In this document: piece after piece, positions 1 to 9,836 of the stretch
Position numbering within the stretch: position 1 is the first letter of the stretch
Layout of the letters: each line of letters begins with the position of its first letter
Source of the DNA: an uncultured Clostridia bacterium
GTDB lineage: Bacteria; Bacillota; Clostridia; Christensenellales; CAG-917
Length of the DNA: 64,000 nt
Reading direction: 5' to 3'
Assembly: GCA_947305865.1 (NCBI GenBank)
Contig: CAMZEU010000001.1
Location: forward strand, 1,607-65,606
The notes under the pieces: model-generated
What the model was told of the DNA's origin: nothing
Database searches by the model: none
Seen by the model: the letters and a program-made list of their open reading frames with translations, nothing else
Program-made: the position numbers and the translations under genes

Positions 1-206
1 AAGGCATCTATAAAGTATCTCTTTAGTACTTTTTTAATTGCTGATTTAACTGGATGTTCTCTTTTAATTTCTTGAGCTAAAATCTCAGAATCACAAAGAG
101 GTACGACCTCTATAATTTGAGCTTCCTTTGTTGATACAGAAGTACTAGATCCCCAAGAGTTTATAATTTCACCCTCGCAAAGACCTTCCGTGTTCTTTTC
201 CTTCAT
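1..206 (-). CDS. hypothetical protein, N-terminal part only (gene runs off window start)
   Basis: Own minus-strand translation from ATG at 206 (MKEKNTEGLCEGEIINSWGSS...). AAGGGA SD-like motif lies just upstream. Open to the window edge; no family recognised. Confidence 0.35.
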   Translation of the reverse strand, partial: MKEKNTEGLCEGEIINSWGSSTSVSTKEAQIIEVVPLCDSEILAQEIKREHPVKSAIKKVLKRYFIDA

Positions 207-286
207 TTTTCCCTTATGGTATTCCTGCGACAACGTCTACTAAGATATACCGTTTATATAATAATGCAGACTTTATCGTCGCACCC

Positions 287-1564
287 TTAAAAACTAGTTT
301 TATCCTCTTTTAGGATATCTTTCACTGTACCCAGTGTCAAGTCGAAGAGTTTTTGGATAGACTCTGAGTTAACTGGTACAGGATTATTCTTGGATTCATC
401 CTTTCCGTACAAGCTTATTGCTTGTATTCCTTGTTTTTGGAATGAATTTGCGATGTGTCCATGAATGGCACCAAATATCTTTTCATCCTTTAATTCTATG
501 CCGTTTTCTTGTCCAACTTTCTCTAATTTGGCTCTTATCTCTTCACTATACTTTATTCTACGAATAATATCTTCCTTAGATACCATTATGGAGCCGCTAT
601 TTACTTCTTCCAAGCAGATAACCTTGGCATTGGCAAATCCTCTGTCCCTAGCCAAATGTCTCTCTACAAACGCTTTAGAGCCTCCATGACCAGAGTTTTC
701 TCCTCCGAATGAGACATATACTATTCTTGTGTTTTCTGGGAGGTAGTTTCTTTGTCCGTATAGTGTTACAAAAACTGCTAGAGCAATGGAAGGAGAAATA
801 CAGTTATTCTCTCTTGCATGTGCTGGGAACAAAGAGTAATGTGCGATGAATACAAACATAGCCACTATAGACAACAATCCTGGGATTAGAGAAAGAGCCA
901 CTATCTTTCCAACGGTGTCATTTCCAACACCCATTTTAATTATGCACATAAGGATAAATATAAACATGAAAATTGGCGTATAAATCAAAGCGAATTTTTT
1001 AAATATTCCTCTATCTTCAAAATACATTCCTGGAAGTGAATCATGGTTAGCACATAATACTATAGTATTATTAGGCTCTGTATTTTCATTACTTTTTACA
1101 CTATATTTATATGGCGTTGTGAACTCTGTTTCAACGTTATAACAAGCCTTTTTTGGAAGGAAGAAACTGAGTCTATCTTCTCCCAAATACATGGCAAAAA
1201 TTATCCCCATTCCGCCCATAAACATAAGCATTGCAACAAGTGTTAAAACTATTGCTGCAACAACATTCTTTTGGAAGGAAACAAAGTATAGAATATCACA
1301 AATAAAAAGCCAAACTGCCATGAACATAAAACTTCTTCTTCCTAAGAATGGTCTAGCATAGAATGGCTCGAGTTTAGCATTAAAGTCTTTATTAACAGAA
1401 GAAATGATATCTCTAATTCTTCTTGCTGCTGCAGTCTCAGATGGTTCAGAAGTAAGCCTATATTGCTCCTTTTCTAATTGAGAAGCAAAAGTTTCAACAA
1501 ACATACTGCTTGTTTGTTTCTTATCCTCTACTATTGGTTCTTGTTGTACTACTTCTTCATCCAT
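287..1564 (-). CDS. polytopic membrane protein with M28-peptidase-like C-terminal domain
   Basis: 425-aa ORF with several hydrophobic helices. ANHDS and FGGENSGHGGSKAF motifs resemble M28 metal-ligand blocks but look partly degenerate. Confidence 0.4.
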   Translation of the reverse strand: MDEEVVQQEPIVEDKKQTSSMFVETFASQLEKEQYRLTSEPSETAAARRIRDIISSVNKDFNAKLEPFYARPFLGRRSFMFMAVWLFICDILYFVSFQKNVVAAIVLTLVAMLMFMGGMGIIFAMYLGEDRLSFFLPKKACYNVETEFTTPYKYSVKSNENTEPNNTIVLCANHDSLPGMYFEDRGIFKKFALIYTPIFMFIFILMCIIKMGVGNDTVGKIVALSLIPGLLSIVAMFVFIAHYSLFPAHARENNCISPSIALAVFVTLYGQRNYLPENTRIVYVSFGGENSGHGGSKAFVERHLARDRGFANAKVICLEEVNSGSIMVSKEDIIRRIKYSEEIRAKLEKVGQENGIELKDEKIFGAIHGHIANSFQKQGIQAISLYGKDESKNNPVPVNSESIQKLFDLTLGTVKDILKEDKTSF

Positions 1565-1697
1565 AATAAATACTGCTTATTTTTATATTAAATATATTAT
1601 ATCTATATTAAAATTAAAAAGCAAAAATAAAAGAGCCTAGACATTTCTGCCTAAGCCCTTTTGTTGTTAAGTTAGATTAAACTAATTGTTTAGTCTA

Positions 1698-4604
1698 TTA
1701 TGCTGGTTGTGCGAGTAAGAATGCATCGCCATATACGTCAAATGCACCAACACCTGCGATTGTTAAGACACCGTCAGCTAATGTATATGTTGTCTTTGCG
1801 CCAACACCTGCTGTGCTATAAAGTGTACATTCTGTTGCACTTGTAATTACACAAACTTTGTGTTCTGCATCAAATGTGTAAGATGTTACATTGCCTTGTG
1901 CATCTGCTACAACTGTTGCTGCATAGTAAATAGACTTGTTCTTTCCATGTGCTACTTCAACACTTGTACCGAATCCTGAGCCATAAGCTGCATTGAATAA
2001 TGTGTAGAAGTCTTCATTGAGAGCAACTGTTGTATACTTAGTAGCATCTGTGCCTAAGCCAGCATCAAATGTTGTTGCGTATGCAGTATTTGTTCCCTTG
2101 AAGTCGTAATCGAATGTTCCGTTGCATTCTTTGCCGTTGAGAGCAATGTGTGCACCGAAGTTGCCTGTATTCTTGTTGAGGTCGATTGCGATTGCGCTTC
2201 CTGCTCCAGCGAGTTTAGTAATTCTTGCTGTTGGTGTATCGCCTGCACCTGTTAATACAGATGAGCTACGGATGAATGTGAAGAACCATTGAATGAGGCT
2301 GTTTGCTAAGAATCCAGCTTCTGTATCCTTTTCTGGAGCCTTATCGTGACCTTCGAAGTTGTAGTATGTATATGCACCACCGTTTCCTAAGATGTTAAGC
2401 TTTGTTGTTCCGTTACCACAAATGTAGTTCCAGATTGCAATAGCGTCTGCCTTAGAAATCATCTTGCCAGATACATAGTAATATCCTTCTGCTGCAGCTT
2501 GTTCTGGGCTGTATGAAGATGAGATGTACTTAGTTGTGATTCCATCTTTGTAGAGTGGAAGAATACCATGGTTGGTTAATTCCTTAAGTAATCCATCATT
2601 TGTGCACATAAATAATGCCATCATTTCTGTTACATCTGCTGGCTTTTCAACTGGTGTCTTTGTATCAGCTTGCTTTAAGTCTGCATCCTTGTATGCTTGT
2701 ACTGCACCATCTTTAAAGAGGCCAGATAATAAGTCATAGATGTTAGATACACCGAATGTGTAGTTAGATGTTGTTGCATTATAAGAAATTGCATTGATTA
2801 CAGCATTTACAACATTGAGGATGTTGAGTGACCATGCATATTGTGAATCTTTGTAATACTTTGTTCCGAGCTTGTAAACATCACCTTTGTATGTTTCAAG
2901 TTCTGCAACTGCGCCAACGTTCTTTTCTGCATCAATCTTTGTTGCTGTATTTTGGAAGATTGCATAGAATGCACCTTTTGCGAGAACTTTAATGTCTACA
3001 CCAGTAATTTCAATACCCTTGAAGTCTTCTTTTACAACATATGGGTCTGCTTGTGTTCCTGCACCAGATAATGCTTTTGACATTACGTCATCTGCCATAT
3101 CTGCAAAGAGTTTGAATGGAACTTCTGCATCTTTACCTGTTGCTGCTTTCTTAATAGCATCTGCAAGTGATGGTAATCCAGCAATCATGATCTTCTTTGC
3201 TGTAGCATTTGTTGCATCAACTTTGATAGATAATGTGTTGTTCTTATATGTTGCTGTGAGCATTGCTGTTCCAGTTGTAAGTTTTCCATCAATGATTTGT
3301 AATTCTGCAGCTGTCTTGTTTTCTGCTTTTGCACCAACTAAATCTACAGAACCGTTGAACTTAATTGCATATGTTCCAAATCCAATTGCTTGGTTGTTTG
3401 GATTAATAACAACTGTGTCGTTTTCAAGATTCATTTCACCTGCAACGTTGAATTCAACATTACTCTTGAATGTATTTGTTGATTGACCAAGAGCAACTTT
3501 TGCATCTCTTGTTTCAACATCAATAGCCATTTCTGTGAGGTTAATCTTTAAGCTTGTGTTCTTGTTGTCTTTTGCAATACCATTTACTGCGATTGTGAAT
3601 CCATGGAACTTGGTTCCATCTGTTCCGAATGATAATGCTAAGTCATAGCTTGATAAGAGGTAATCAACCATTCCGTTAAGAATACCCTTTGCTGTTCCGA
3701 GACCATTTGCTGTGTAGTATGTAATACCATCTTTTGTCTCTTTTGTAACCTTATCTTTGTTAAGAACGATGTTTGCTGCTGTTTGGAGAATATCACCGAG
3801 AGATGCAACACCCTTTGATGTGTCGATCTTAAGAACTGACTTAACGAGATCGTTTTCAAGTAAGTCTGTGAGGTTTAATCCAAATAATCCGAGTAAACTT
3901 GTTGTTCTACCGTTAACTGTTTCACCAATGATGAGCTTATCTAATGACCAGTCAGAGCCTCCGGATCTTGCAATACCGTTGATAACGTCAAGAATTGTGT
4001 TGTATGCTGTAACGTTATTTAATGCACTGCCGATTTCCCAGTTCTTTGCAAGGTCTCCAAGTAATGTTGTGAATTGATCGTTCCAATATGCATCAAATGC
4101 GAGTTCGAAATATTCATCTTGTACTTGGAAATAAAGCTTATTATTTTCACTAAAGAAATACCAAAGTGTGAGCCAGTTTGTCTTAGCTGCTACTGAATTG
4201 TCGAAGAACTTAATCTTTAATGCTGTGTCACCGAGAGTTGGTGTAGCTGCATTCATTGCCTTAAGGTCAACGATGATTCCTGCTTCAAGACCGATGTCTG
4301 TTGAACCTGCAGCAACTTTATCACTTGTGAATTCCATGTCGCCTGCTACGGAAATCTTAATCTTGTCTCTTGTTGGATCTACAACTGTAGCGCCTAAAGA
4401 CTTAGATGCTGTCCATAATTCAGCGAAGAATTGTTGTGGAGTTGCTTTGTTTGTTGGTTTGACTGGTGTGTCACCACCTGGTGTATCATCAGGAGTGTCA
4501 TCATTGTTATTTGTCTTACCGCCCTTGTTACATGCAACAAGACCGAAAGCAAGAATAACAACTAATACCAAAATCAATAACCATTTGATATCAAATTTCT
4601 TCAT
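1698..4604 (-). CDS. large surface lipoprotein, unknown function
   Basis: 968-aa ORF with signal peptide plus lipobox (LVACNKGG) and a Thr/Ala/Gly/Asn-rich body. GGAGG RBS and a TTGACT-17-TATAAT promoter lie upstream on the minus strand. Confidence 0.7.
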   Translation of the reverse strand: MKKFDIKWLLILVLVVILAFGLVACNKGGKTNNNDDTPDDTPGGDTPVKPTNKATPQQFFAELWTASKSLGATVVDPTRDKIKISVAGDMEFTSDKVAAGSTDIGLEAGIIVDLKAMNAATPTLGDTALKIKFFDNSVAAKTNWLTLWYFFSENNKLYFQVQDEYFELAFDAYWNDQFTTLLGDLAKNWEIGSALNNVTAYNTILDVINGIARSGGSDWSLDKLIIGETVNGRTTSLLGLFGLNLTDLLENDLVKSVLKIDTSKGVASLGDILQTAANIVLNKDKVTKETKDGITYYTANGLGTAKGILNGMVDYLLSSYDLALSFGTDGTKFHGFTIAVNGIAKDNKNTSLKINLTEMAIDVETRDAKVALGQSTNTFKSNVEFNVAGEMNLENDTVVINPNNQAIGFGTYAIKFNGSVDLVGAKAENKTAAELQIIDGKLTTGTAMLTATYKNNTLSIKVDATNATAKKIMIAGLPSLADAIKKAATGKDAEVPFKLFADMADDVMSKALSGAGTQADPYVVKEDFKGIEITGVDIKVLAKGAFYAIFQNTATKIDAEKNVGAVAELETYKGDVYKLGTKYYKDSQYAWSLNILNVVNAVINAISYNATTSNYTFGVSNIYDLLSGLFKDGAVQAYKDADLKQADTKTPVEKPADVTEMMALFMCTNDGLLKELTNHGILPLYKDGITTKYISSSYSPEQAAAEGYYYVSGKMISKADAIAIWNYICGNGTTKLNILGNGGAYTYYNFEGHDKAPEKDTEAGFLANSLIQWFFTFIRSSSVLTGAGDTPTARITKLAGAGSAIAIDLNKNTGNFGAHIALNGKECNGTFDYDFKGTNTAYATTFDAGLGTDATKYTTVALNEDFYTLFNAAYGSGFGTSVEVAHGKNKSIYYAATVVADAQGNVTSYTFDAEHKVCVITSATECTLYSTAGVGAKTTYTLADGVLTIAGVGAFDVYGDAFLLAQPA

Positions 4605-4703
4605 AAACTTTCCTCCTTTAGGAATTGTGTACTAAATTTTAGTGTTTTAATTATAATCTTTATTTATAAATAAAGTCAATAAAATATATTTTTGAAAAGC
4701 GGA

Positions 4704-4712
4704 TGTGGATAA
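4704..4712 (-). promoter_or_regulatory. perfect DnaA box (TTATCCACA on minus strand) upstream of the lipoprotein promoter
   Basis: TGTGGATAA read on the plus strand. It overlaps the inverted repeat GATAAGTT-aga-AACTTATC (4708..4726). Confidence 0.5.
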
Positions 4713-4798
4713 GTTAGAAACTTATCAAGATATCACTATTCTAATCGGTTTTTTTGATGTTTTTATTGTGCGGTTAAAAATATTTAGATAAAAAATTT

Positions 4799-5518
4799 TT
4801 AATTAATTCCGCCACCATTCACTGGCAAAACGCAACCTGTAATATAGGATGCTTCAAGTAAGAAAATGATGGATTCGGCAACTTCTTTAGGGTCTCCTAA
4901 TCTGCCTAGTGGAATAGATGAAACTACTTCTTCTATATCTTCTTTTGAATATTCTTTCATCATATCTGTGTCTATTGCGCCAGGTGTTACTACATTAACT
5001 CTAATTCCGTTCGGAGCAAGTTCTTTTGCAAGGGATTTAGCAAGACCAATTATTGCAGCTTTACTTGAAGAATATGCACTTTCCATACTTGCACCTTCTT
5101 CTCCCCAAATGGAAGATACATAGACTATACTTCCGCTCTTTCTTTGTAGCATACCGTTTACAACTTCTTTTGTGAGATAGAATGTTCCATCTACATTTGT
5201 TCCAAATGTATTCTTCCAATCTTCTGCTGTGAGATCTATAAATAATTTTGTCTGAGAAATCCCTGCTGCACAACAGAGTTTGTCTATTTCCCCAAATCTT
5301 TTAAGTACTAGGGATACTGCTTCCCTGACTGATTCATATGAAGAAACATCACAATAGAAAGCTTCAATTGCTCCCTTCTTAGATAATTCTTCACAAAGTG
5401 AAAGTGCTTTGTCCTTGCTATTCTTGTACAAAATAGCAACATTATATTTACCTATTGCTTCTCTGGCAACGGCTGCACCTATTCCTCTTGAACCACCACT
5501 AATTAAAATCGTATCCAT
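4799..5518 (-). CDS. SDR-family oxidoreductase (FabG-like 3-oxoacyl reductase)
   Basis: GGSRGIG cofactor motif and YSSSK catalytic motif; PGAIDTDM block. Confidence 0.8.
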   Translation of the reverse strand: MDTILISGGSRGIGAAVAREAIGKYNVAILYKNSKDKALSLCEELSKKGAIEAFYCDVSSYESVREAVSLVLKRFGEIDKLCCAAGISQTKLFIDLTAEDWKNTFGTNVDGTFYLTKEVVNGMLQRKSGSIVYVSSIWGEEGASMESAYSSSKAAIIGLAKSLAKELAPNGIRVNVVTPGAIDTDMMKEYSKEDIEEVVSSIPLGRLGDPKEVAESIIFLLEASYITGCVLPVNGGGIN

Positions 5519-5567
5519 AGTATATAAATATGCCAGAGATTTTACTCCCTGGCATGTCTAATGTTAA

Positions 5568-7019
5568 TTAATCTTCTTTATTGTCTTCGTCGTATTTTGC
5601 TTGGTCTTCACTATTGAACTTTCCTAAGAGAGTTGCTTTAACTTCTTCGCCAGCATATTTGCTTAAGTCTACATAGTGAATGTATGAGTATTCATCTTCT
5701 CCAAAGTAAAATACTTTGCTTCCTACGAAATCGATGTCATAAGATACATCTGCAAAACAGTCTTCTGCTATAACTGTTTCGTTATCTTGTGCAGTAATTC
5801 CAACACGATAAATCTTTTCCTTATCTGAATCGAGATAGTATACATATGTATTGTTGTTGATTTCTAATGTTGTGAGAACTGTTGCACTCTTGTTAATTGC
5901 AAGCTTTGTATCTGTGCCATCTGCATAGTAATACTTGCTATCTGAAGCAATTAATGCACCTTTGTCATAGCTAATTCCAATAACTTCTGAGATATCTTGT
6001 GTTGAAAGTTGTTTTTCTGCTGCAGCAATAAATCCTGTTCCTAAAACAAACTTGTTTTCAAATGTGCCAACAACTGTTGCAGAAGATGTCCCAAGTTGTA
6101 CAGACTTTGTGTAATAAAGTGTTGCTTGGTTGTCGCTTTCAATTTTTACATTCTTAAGAGAGAATGTGAAAACCTTTTCTGGATAGTTTGTATATCCGTT
6201 TGCGATTTCATCTGCTGTTAAATATGTAATAACTGTTGCAAGTGTTGTGCCATTGCATCCGTCATAACGGATTGCTTTTAATTCATTATACTTTTCGTAT
6301 GAGTTTGTTAATGTTTGTGTATAGAATACATAGTCTGCTACAGACTCACCTTGTCCTACTGTATATTCTGCATCATAACCCCAGAAGTATGAAGAAACAT
6401 TCTCTGCGAGAACTCCAGATGTTGCACCCTTTCCATTGTTTGTGCTCTTCTTTGTGCTCATCTTAGAGAAATCAATATAATTGATTGTATTGCTTGTATA
6501 ATACAAGATTCTTGTTGGTGTAAAGATAAAGTCATTGCTTCTTGAATTTAATGTTGCAATACGTTGTGTTATTGTTCCATCTAAAGATGTACGCATGAAA
6601 TCTGTATGTGTTGTAGATGCTGTTCCAGACTTATCTTTTTCAAGGTTTGGTGTTGCATAATAAATGAAGTTTCCAAAGATTGCAAAACCTGCTTTTTGGT
6701 TATCATAGTAAATGCTCTTTGGTACTACTACAACTGCTGTGCTGTTATCATATGTACCATCTGCATTCTTCTTGCAACGCATAATAGATTGCTTGTATGC
6801 TTTGCCCCAATCATTGGAGTCTACAGATCCTACATATCCGTTTACAAAGTAAACGTAATCACCTTGTTCTACAACATATCCACCATTTGAAATGGATGCT
6901 GCTGATGCATTTCCACCATCTATCTTGTCCCACTTGAACTTGTTACAAGCTGTGAGTGTGAGAGCTGAGATGATAACTAATGCAACTAATGCTACTACTA
7001 TAAGAAGTTTCTTTTTCAT
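5568..7019 (-). CDS. lipoprotein with DUF5050-like beta-propeller repeats
   Basis: Signal peptide with lipobox LTACNK. Recurrent aromatic blades (YVYFVNG, FIYYATP, ILYYTSN, TLYYTKS, KYYYADG, YVYYLDS, KVFYFGE). Confidence 0.6.
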   Translation of the reverse strand: MKKKLLIVVALVALVIISALTLTACNKFKWDKIDGGNASAASISNGGYVVEQGDYVYFVNGYVGSVDSNDWGKAYKQSIMRCKKNADGTYDNSTAVVVVPKSIYYDNQKAGFAIFGNFIYYATPNLEKDKSGTASTTHTDFMRTSLDGTITQRIATLNSRSNDFIFTPTRILYYTSNTINYIDFSKMSTKKSTNNGKGATSGVLAENVSSYFWGYDAEYTVGQGESVADYVFYTQTLTNSYEKYNELKAIRYDGCNGTTLATVITYLTADEIANGYTNYPEKVFTFSLKNVKIESDNQATLYYTKSVQLGTSSATVVGTFENKFVLGTGFIAAAEKQLSTQDISEVIGISYDKGALIASDSKYYYADGTDTKLAINKSATVLTTLEINNNTYVYYLDSDKEKIYRVGITAQDNETVIAEDCFADVSYDIDFVGSKVFYFGEDEYSYIHYVDLSKYAGEEVKATLLGKFNSEDQAKYDEDNKED

Positions 7020-7054
7020 ATCCTTCTCCCTGACAATTCTTTTGAATTGGTTAT

Positions 7055-8803
7055 TTATTTATCTTCTTCAGGCAAGTCCAATTTAATATGAACTTCCTTC
7101 AATTGTTTGTCTGTTACTGTTGTTGGTGCTCCCATTAATAAGTCTCTTGCATTTCTATCCATTGGGAATACGATAACTTCTCTAATAGATGGTTCATCTA
7201 AAAGTAACATTACTATTCTATCTACCCCAGGAGCAACACCTGCGTGTGGAGGTGCACCAAACTTAAATGCATTATATAATGCACTAAACTTTTGCTCTAT
7301 TACATCTTTGCCATATCCAACTATTGCAAATGCTTTTTCCATAATAGAAGGCTCATGGTTTCTAACTGCACCACTAGCAAGCTCTACGCCGTTTACAACT
7401 AAGTCATATTGGTCTGCAAGGATTTCTAATGGATCTTTGTTTTCAAGAGCTTCTAAGCCACCTTGTGGCATAGAGAATGGGTTATGACAGAATGTAAGAA
7501 CTCCCTCGTCATCATATTCGTACATTGGGAAGTCTACTATCCAGCAGAAACGGAATACGTTTTGTTCGTTTAGTCCAAGGTCTGCGCCTAAACAGTTTCT
7601 TACAAAGCCTGCTTGCTTTTGAGAATTGATTAAATTGCTTTCAGCAAGTACTGCAACGAATGTGTTCTTTTCAAGACCTAACTTCTCTACTAATGCATCT
7701 GTGTATGGGGCTGCAAATTTAGCAACACCACCAACAAGTGCTCCAGTTTCGTCCATCTTGAACCAATACATATTGCTTGCGCCATTAACCTTTGCTCTTT
7801 CTGTTAATGCATCGATATATTTTCTTGTTTCCTTAAAGTCTTTTACAACAACTGCTTGAATGAACTTACCTTCAAACATTGGTCCTTTATCCTTAAGGAT
7901 ATCTGTTATTTCTTTAATACGAAGTGGGTTTCTTAAGTCTGGTTTGTCTGAACCATATTCTTTCATTGCTGTTAAATATGGAATACGTACGAATGGTGGT
8001 TTGTCTACTTCGCAGTTGGAGAATTCTTCAAAGGTTTGTGGAATAACTGCTTCCATTTCCTTTAATACATCTTCTTGTGTTGCGAAACACATTTCGCAGT
8101 CTAATTGGTAGAACTCACCAGGACTTCTATCTGCTCTTGGATCTTCGTCTCTGAAACATGGTGCGATTTGGAAATATTTGTCAAATCCAGAAACCATAAG
8201 CAATTGCTTATATTGTTGTGGTGCTTGAGGAAGTGCATAGAATGTGCCTGGATGTAATCTAGATGGAACTATGAAGTCTCTTGCACCTTCTGGTGAAGAT
8301 GATGTTAAGATAGGTGTTGTGATTTCTAAGAATCCTCTTTCTGTCATTCTTCTTCTTAAAGAAGCAACAACATTTGCTCTTAAAACTATCTTCTTTTTAA
8401 CTTCTGGATTTCTTAAATCCAAGAAACGATATTTTAATCTTGTGTCTTCTCTAGATGATGTAGATGTTGATACCTCAAATGGTAATTGCTCATAGCAACG
8501 TCCAAGCACTTCAATCTTGCTTGGTTCAACTTCTATCATACCTGTTGGCATATCTTTGTTAGGGCTGGATCTTAAAATAACCTTACCATCTACGCAAATT
8601 GTAGATTCTCTTGGAATGTTACGTAGTATATCTTTCATTTCGTCTGTGTCTGCAACTATTTGTGTATAACCATAATAGTCTCTAACTACACCGAAAACTA
8701 CAGCACCTAAGTCTCTGATTGAACTTAACCAACCAGAAATTCGTACTTCTTGTCCAACGTTCTCCTCACGGAGTTCTCCACAGTTATGTGTTCTGTAATA
8801 CAT
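7055..8803 (-). CDS. aspS: aspartate--tRNA ligase
   Basis: 582 aa. N-terminus MYYRTHNCGELR typical of bacterial AspRS; class II motifs (FRDED, GGLDR-like GVDRIVML). Confidence 0.95.
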   Translation of the reverse strand: MYYRTHNCGELREENVGQEVRISGWLSSIRDLGAVVFGVVRDYYGYTQIVADTDEMKDILRNIPRESTICVDGKVILRSSPNKDMPTGMIEVEPSKIEVLGRCYEQLPFEVSTSTSSREDTRLKYRFLDLRNPEVKKKIVLRANVVASLRRRMTERGFLEITTPILTSSSPEGARDFIVPSRLHPGTFYALPQAPQQYKQLLMVSGFDKYFQIAPCFRDEDPRADRSPGEFYQLDCEMCFATQEDVLKEMEAVIPQTFEEFSNCEVDKPPFVRIPYLTAMKEYGSDKPDLRNPLRIKEITDILKDKGPMFEGKFIQAVVVKDFKETRKYIDALTERAKVNGASNMYWFKMDETGALVGGVAKFAAPYTDALVEKLGLEKNTFVAVLAESNLINSQKQAGFVRNCLGADLGLNEQNVFRFCWIVDFPMYEYDDEGVLTFCHNPFSMPQGGLEALENKDPLEILADQYDLVVNGVELASGAVRNHEPSIMEKAFAIVGYGKDVIEQKFSALYNAFKFGAPPHAGVAPGVDRIVMLLLDEPSIREVIVFPMDRNARDLLMGAPTTVTDKQLKEVHIKLDLPEEDK

Positions 8804-8817
8804 ATCTATTCCCTTCT

Positions 8818-9825
8818 TTATAGCAACACTATATTTGCTGCTTTACATTTTTCTCTCATTTCATCTGGCCATAATGAAACTTGTACTTCTCCAATATGAG
8901 CTTTTTGTAACAACAACATACAAAGTCTGCTTTGGCCAATTCCTCCACCAATTGTTAATGGTAATTCACCATTTACTATTCCTTGATGATATTTATGCTG
9001 TAATCTGTCTTCTGCATTTGCCATCTTTAGTTGTTTAACTAAAGAATCTGCATCTACTCTTATGCCCATAGAAGAAAGTTCTATACCACTTTGAAGGATC
9101 TCATCCCAGAAGAATATATCTCCGTTCAAAGACCAATCATCGTAGTCTGGAGCACGTAAATCATGTGGTTTGCCATCACTAAGCGGTGCACCAATGTTCA
9201 TGATAAATACTGTGCCATATTTCTTTGAAATAAGATTCTCTCTTTCTTTTGCGCTCTTGTCTGGATACATATCCAGTAACTCTTGAGATGTAATGAAGAA
9301 TACGTCTCTGTTGAGCTTTAGGTCTATAACTGGGAATTGCTTCTTGGTTTCTTCTAATGTTTCACATATTGTGGCAACAATACGAGATACAATCATCTTT
9401 AAGAAATCTACATTTCTTTGTTTCTTATCTATAACCATTTCCCAGTCCCATTGGTCTACATAAATTGAATGGTAGTTGTCACAGTTATCGTCACGTCTAA
9501 TTGCGTTCATATCTGTGTAAATACCTTCGCCAAGGGAGAAACCATATTTATGAAGAGCTAATCTCTTCCACTTTGCTAAAGAGTGTACTATTTCAACATC
9601 TACGCCTTGTTCTTTAACATCAAAACGAACTGCTCTTTCTGTTCCAGAAAGGTCATCGTTAACACCAGTTTTAGATTTAACAAAAAGTGGTGCAGAAAGA
9701 CGTTCAAAACCAAAACTCTTTACGAATTGATGTTGAAAAGTGTCTTTTACGAATTTTATTGCTTTCTCTGTTTCTCTAACAGACATTCTAGGTTTATAGC
9801 CAGTTGGAGTAATTAAGTTCCACAT
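8818..9825 (-). CDS. asnA: aspartate--ammonia ligase (asparagine synthetase A)
   Basis: Near-colinear with E. coli AsnA as I remember it (HSLAKWKR, VDQWDWE, RAPDYDDW, SSMGIRVD, IGGGIGQSRL). Confidence 0.9.
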   Translation of the reverse strand: MWNLITPTGYKPRMSVRETEKAIKFVKDTFQHQFVKSFGFERLSAPLFVKSKTGVNDDLSGTERAVRFDVKEQGVDVEIVHSLAKWKRLALHKYGFSLGEGIYTDMNAIRRDDNCDNYHSIYVDQWDWEMVIDKKQRNVDFLKMIVSRIVATICETLEETKKQFPVIDLKLNRDVFFITSQELLDMYPDKSAKERENLISKKYGTVFIMNIGAPLSDGKPHDLRAPDYDDWSLNGDIFFWDEILQSGIELSSMGIRVDADSLVKQLKMANAEDRLQHKYHQGIVNGELPLTIGGGIGQSRLCMLLLQKAHIGEVQVSLWPDEMREKCKAANIVLL

Positions 9826-9836
9826 ATTCTCACCTA

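Noticed and set aside
2992-4635. Plus-strand track ORFs (2992..3486, 3757..4077, 4168..4635) inside the 968-aa lipoprotein gene. Similar antisense ORFs occur elsewhere, e.g. 7107..7487, 14241..14615, 26533..27000, 54481..54903 and 62506..63015.
   Set aside because: They are fully nested antisense to long CDSs that carry clear family motifs or signal peptides. They have skewed Ser/Leu/Ile-rich composition typical of shadow frames in AT-rich DNA, and no RBS.
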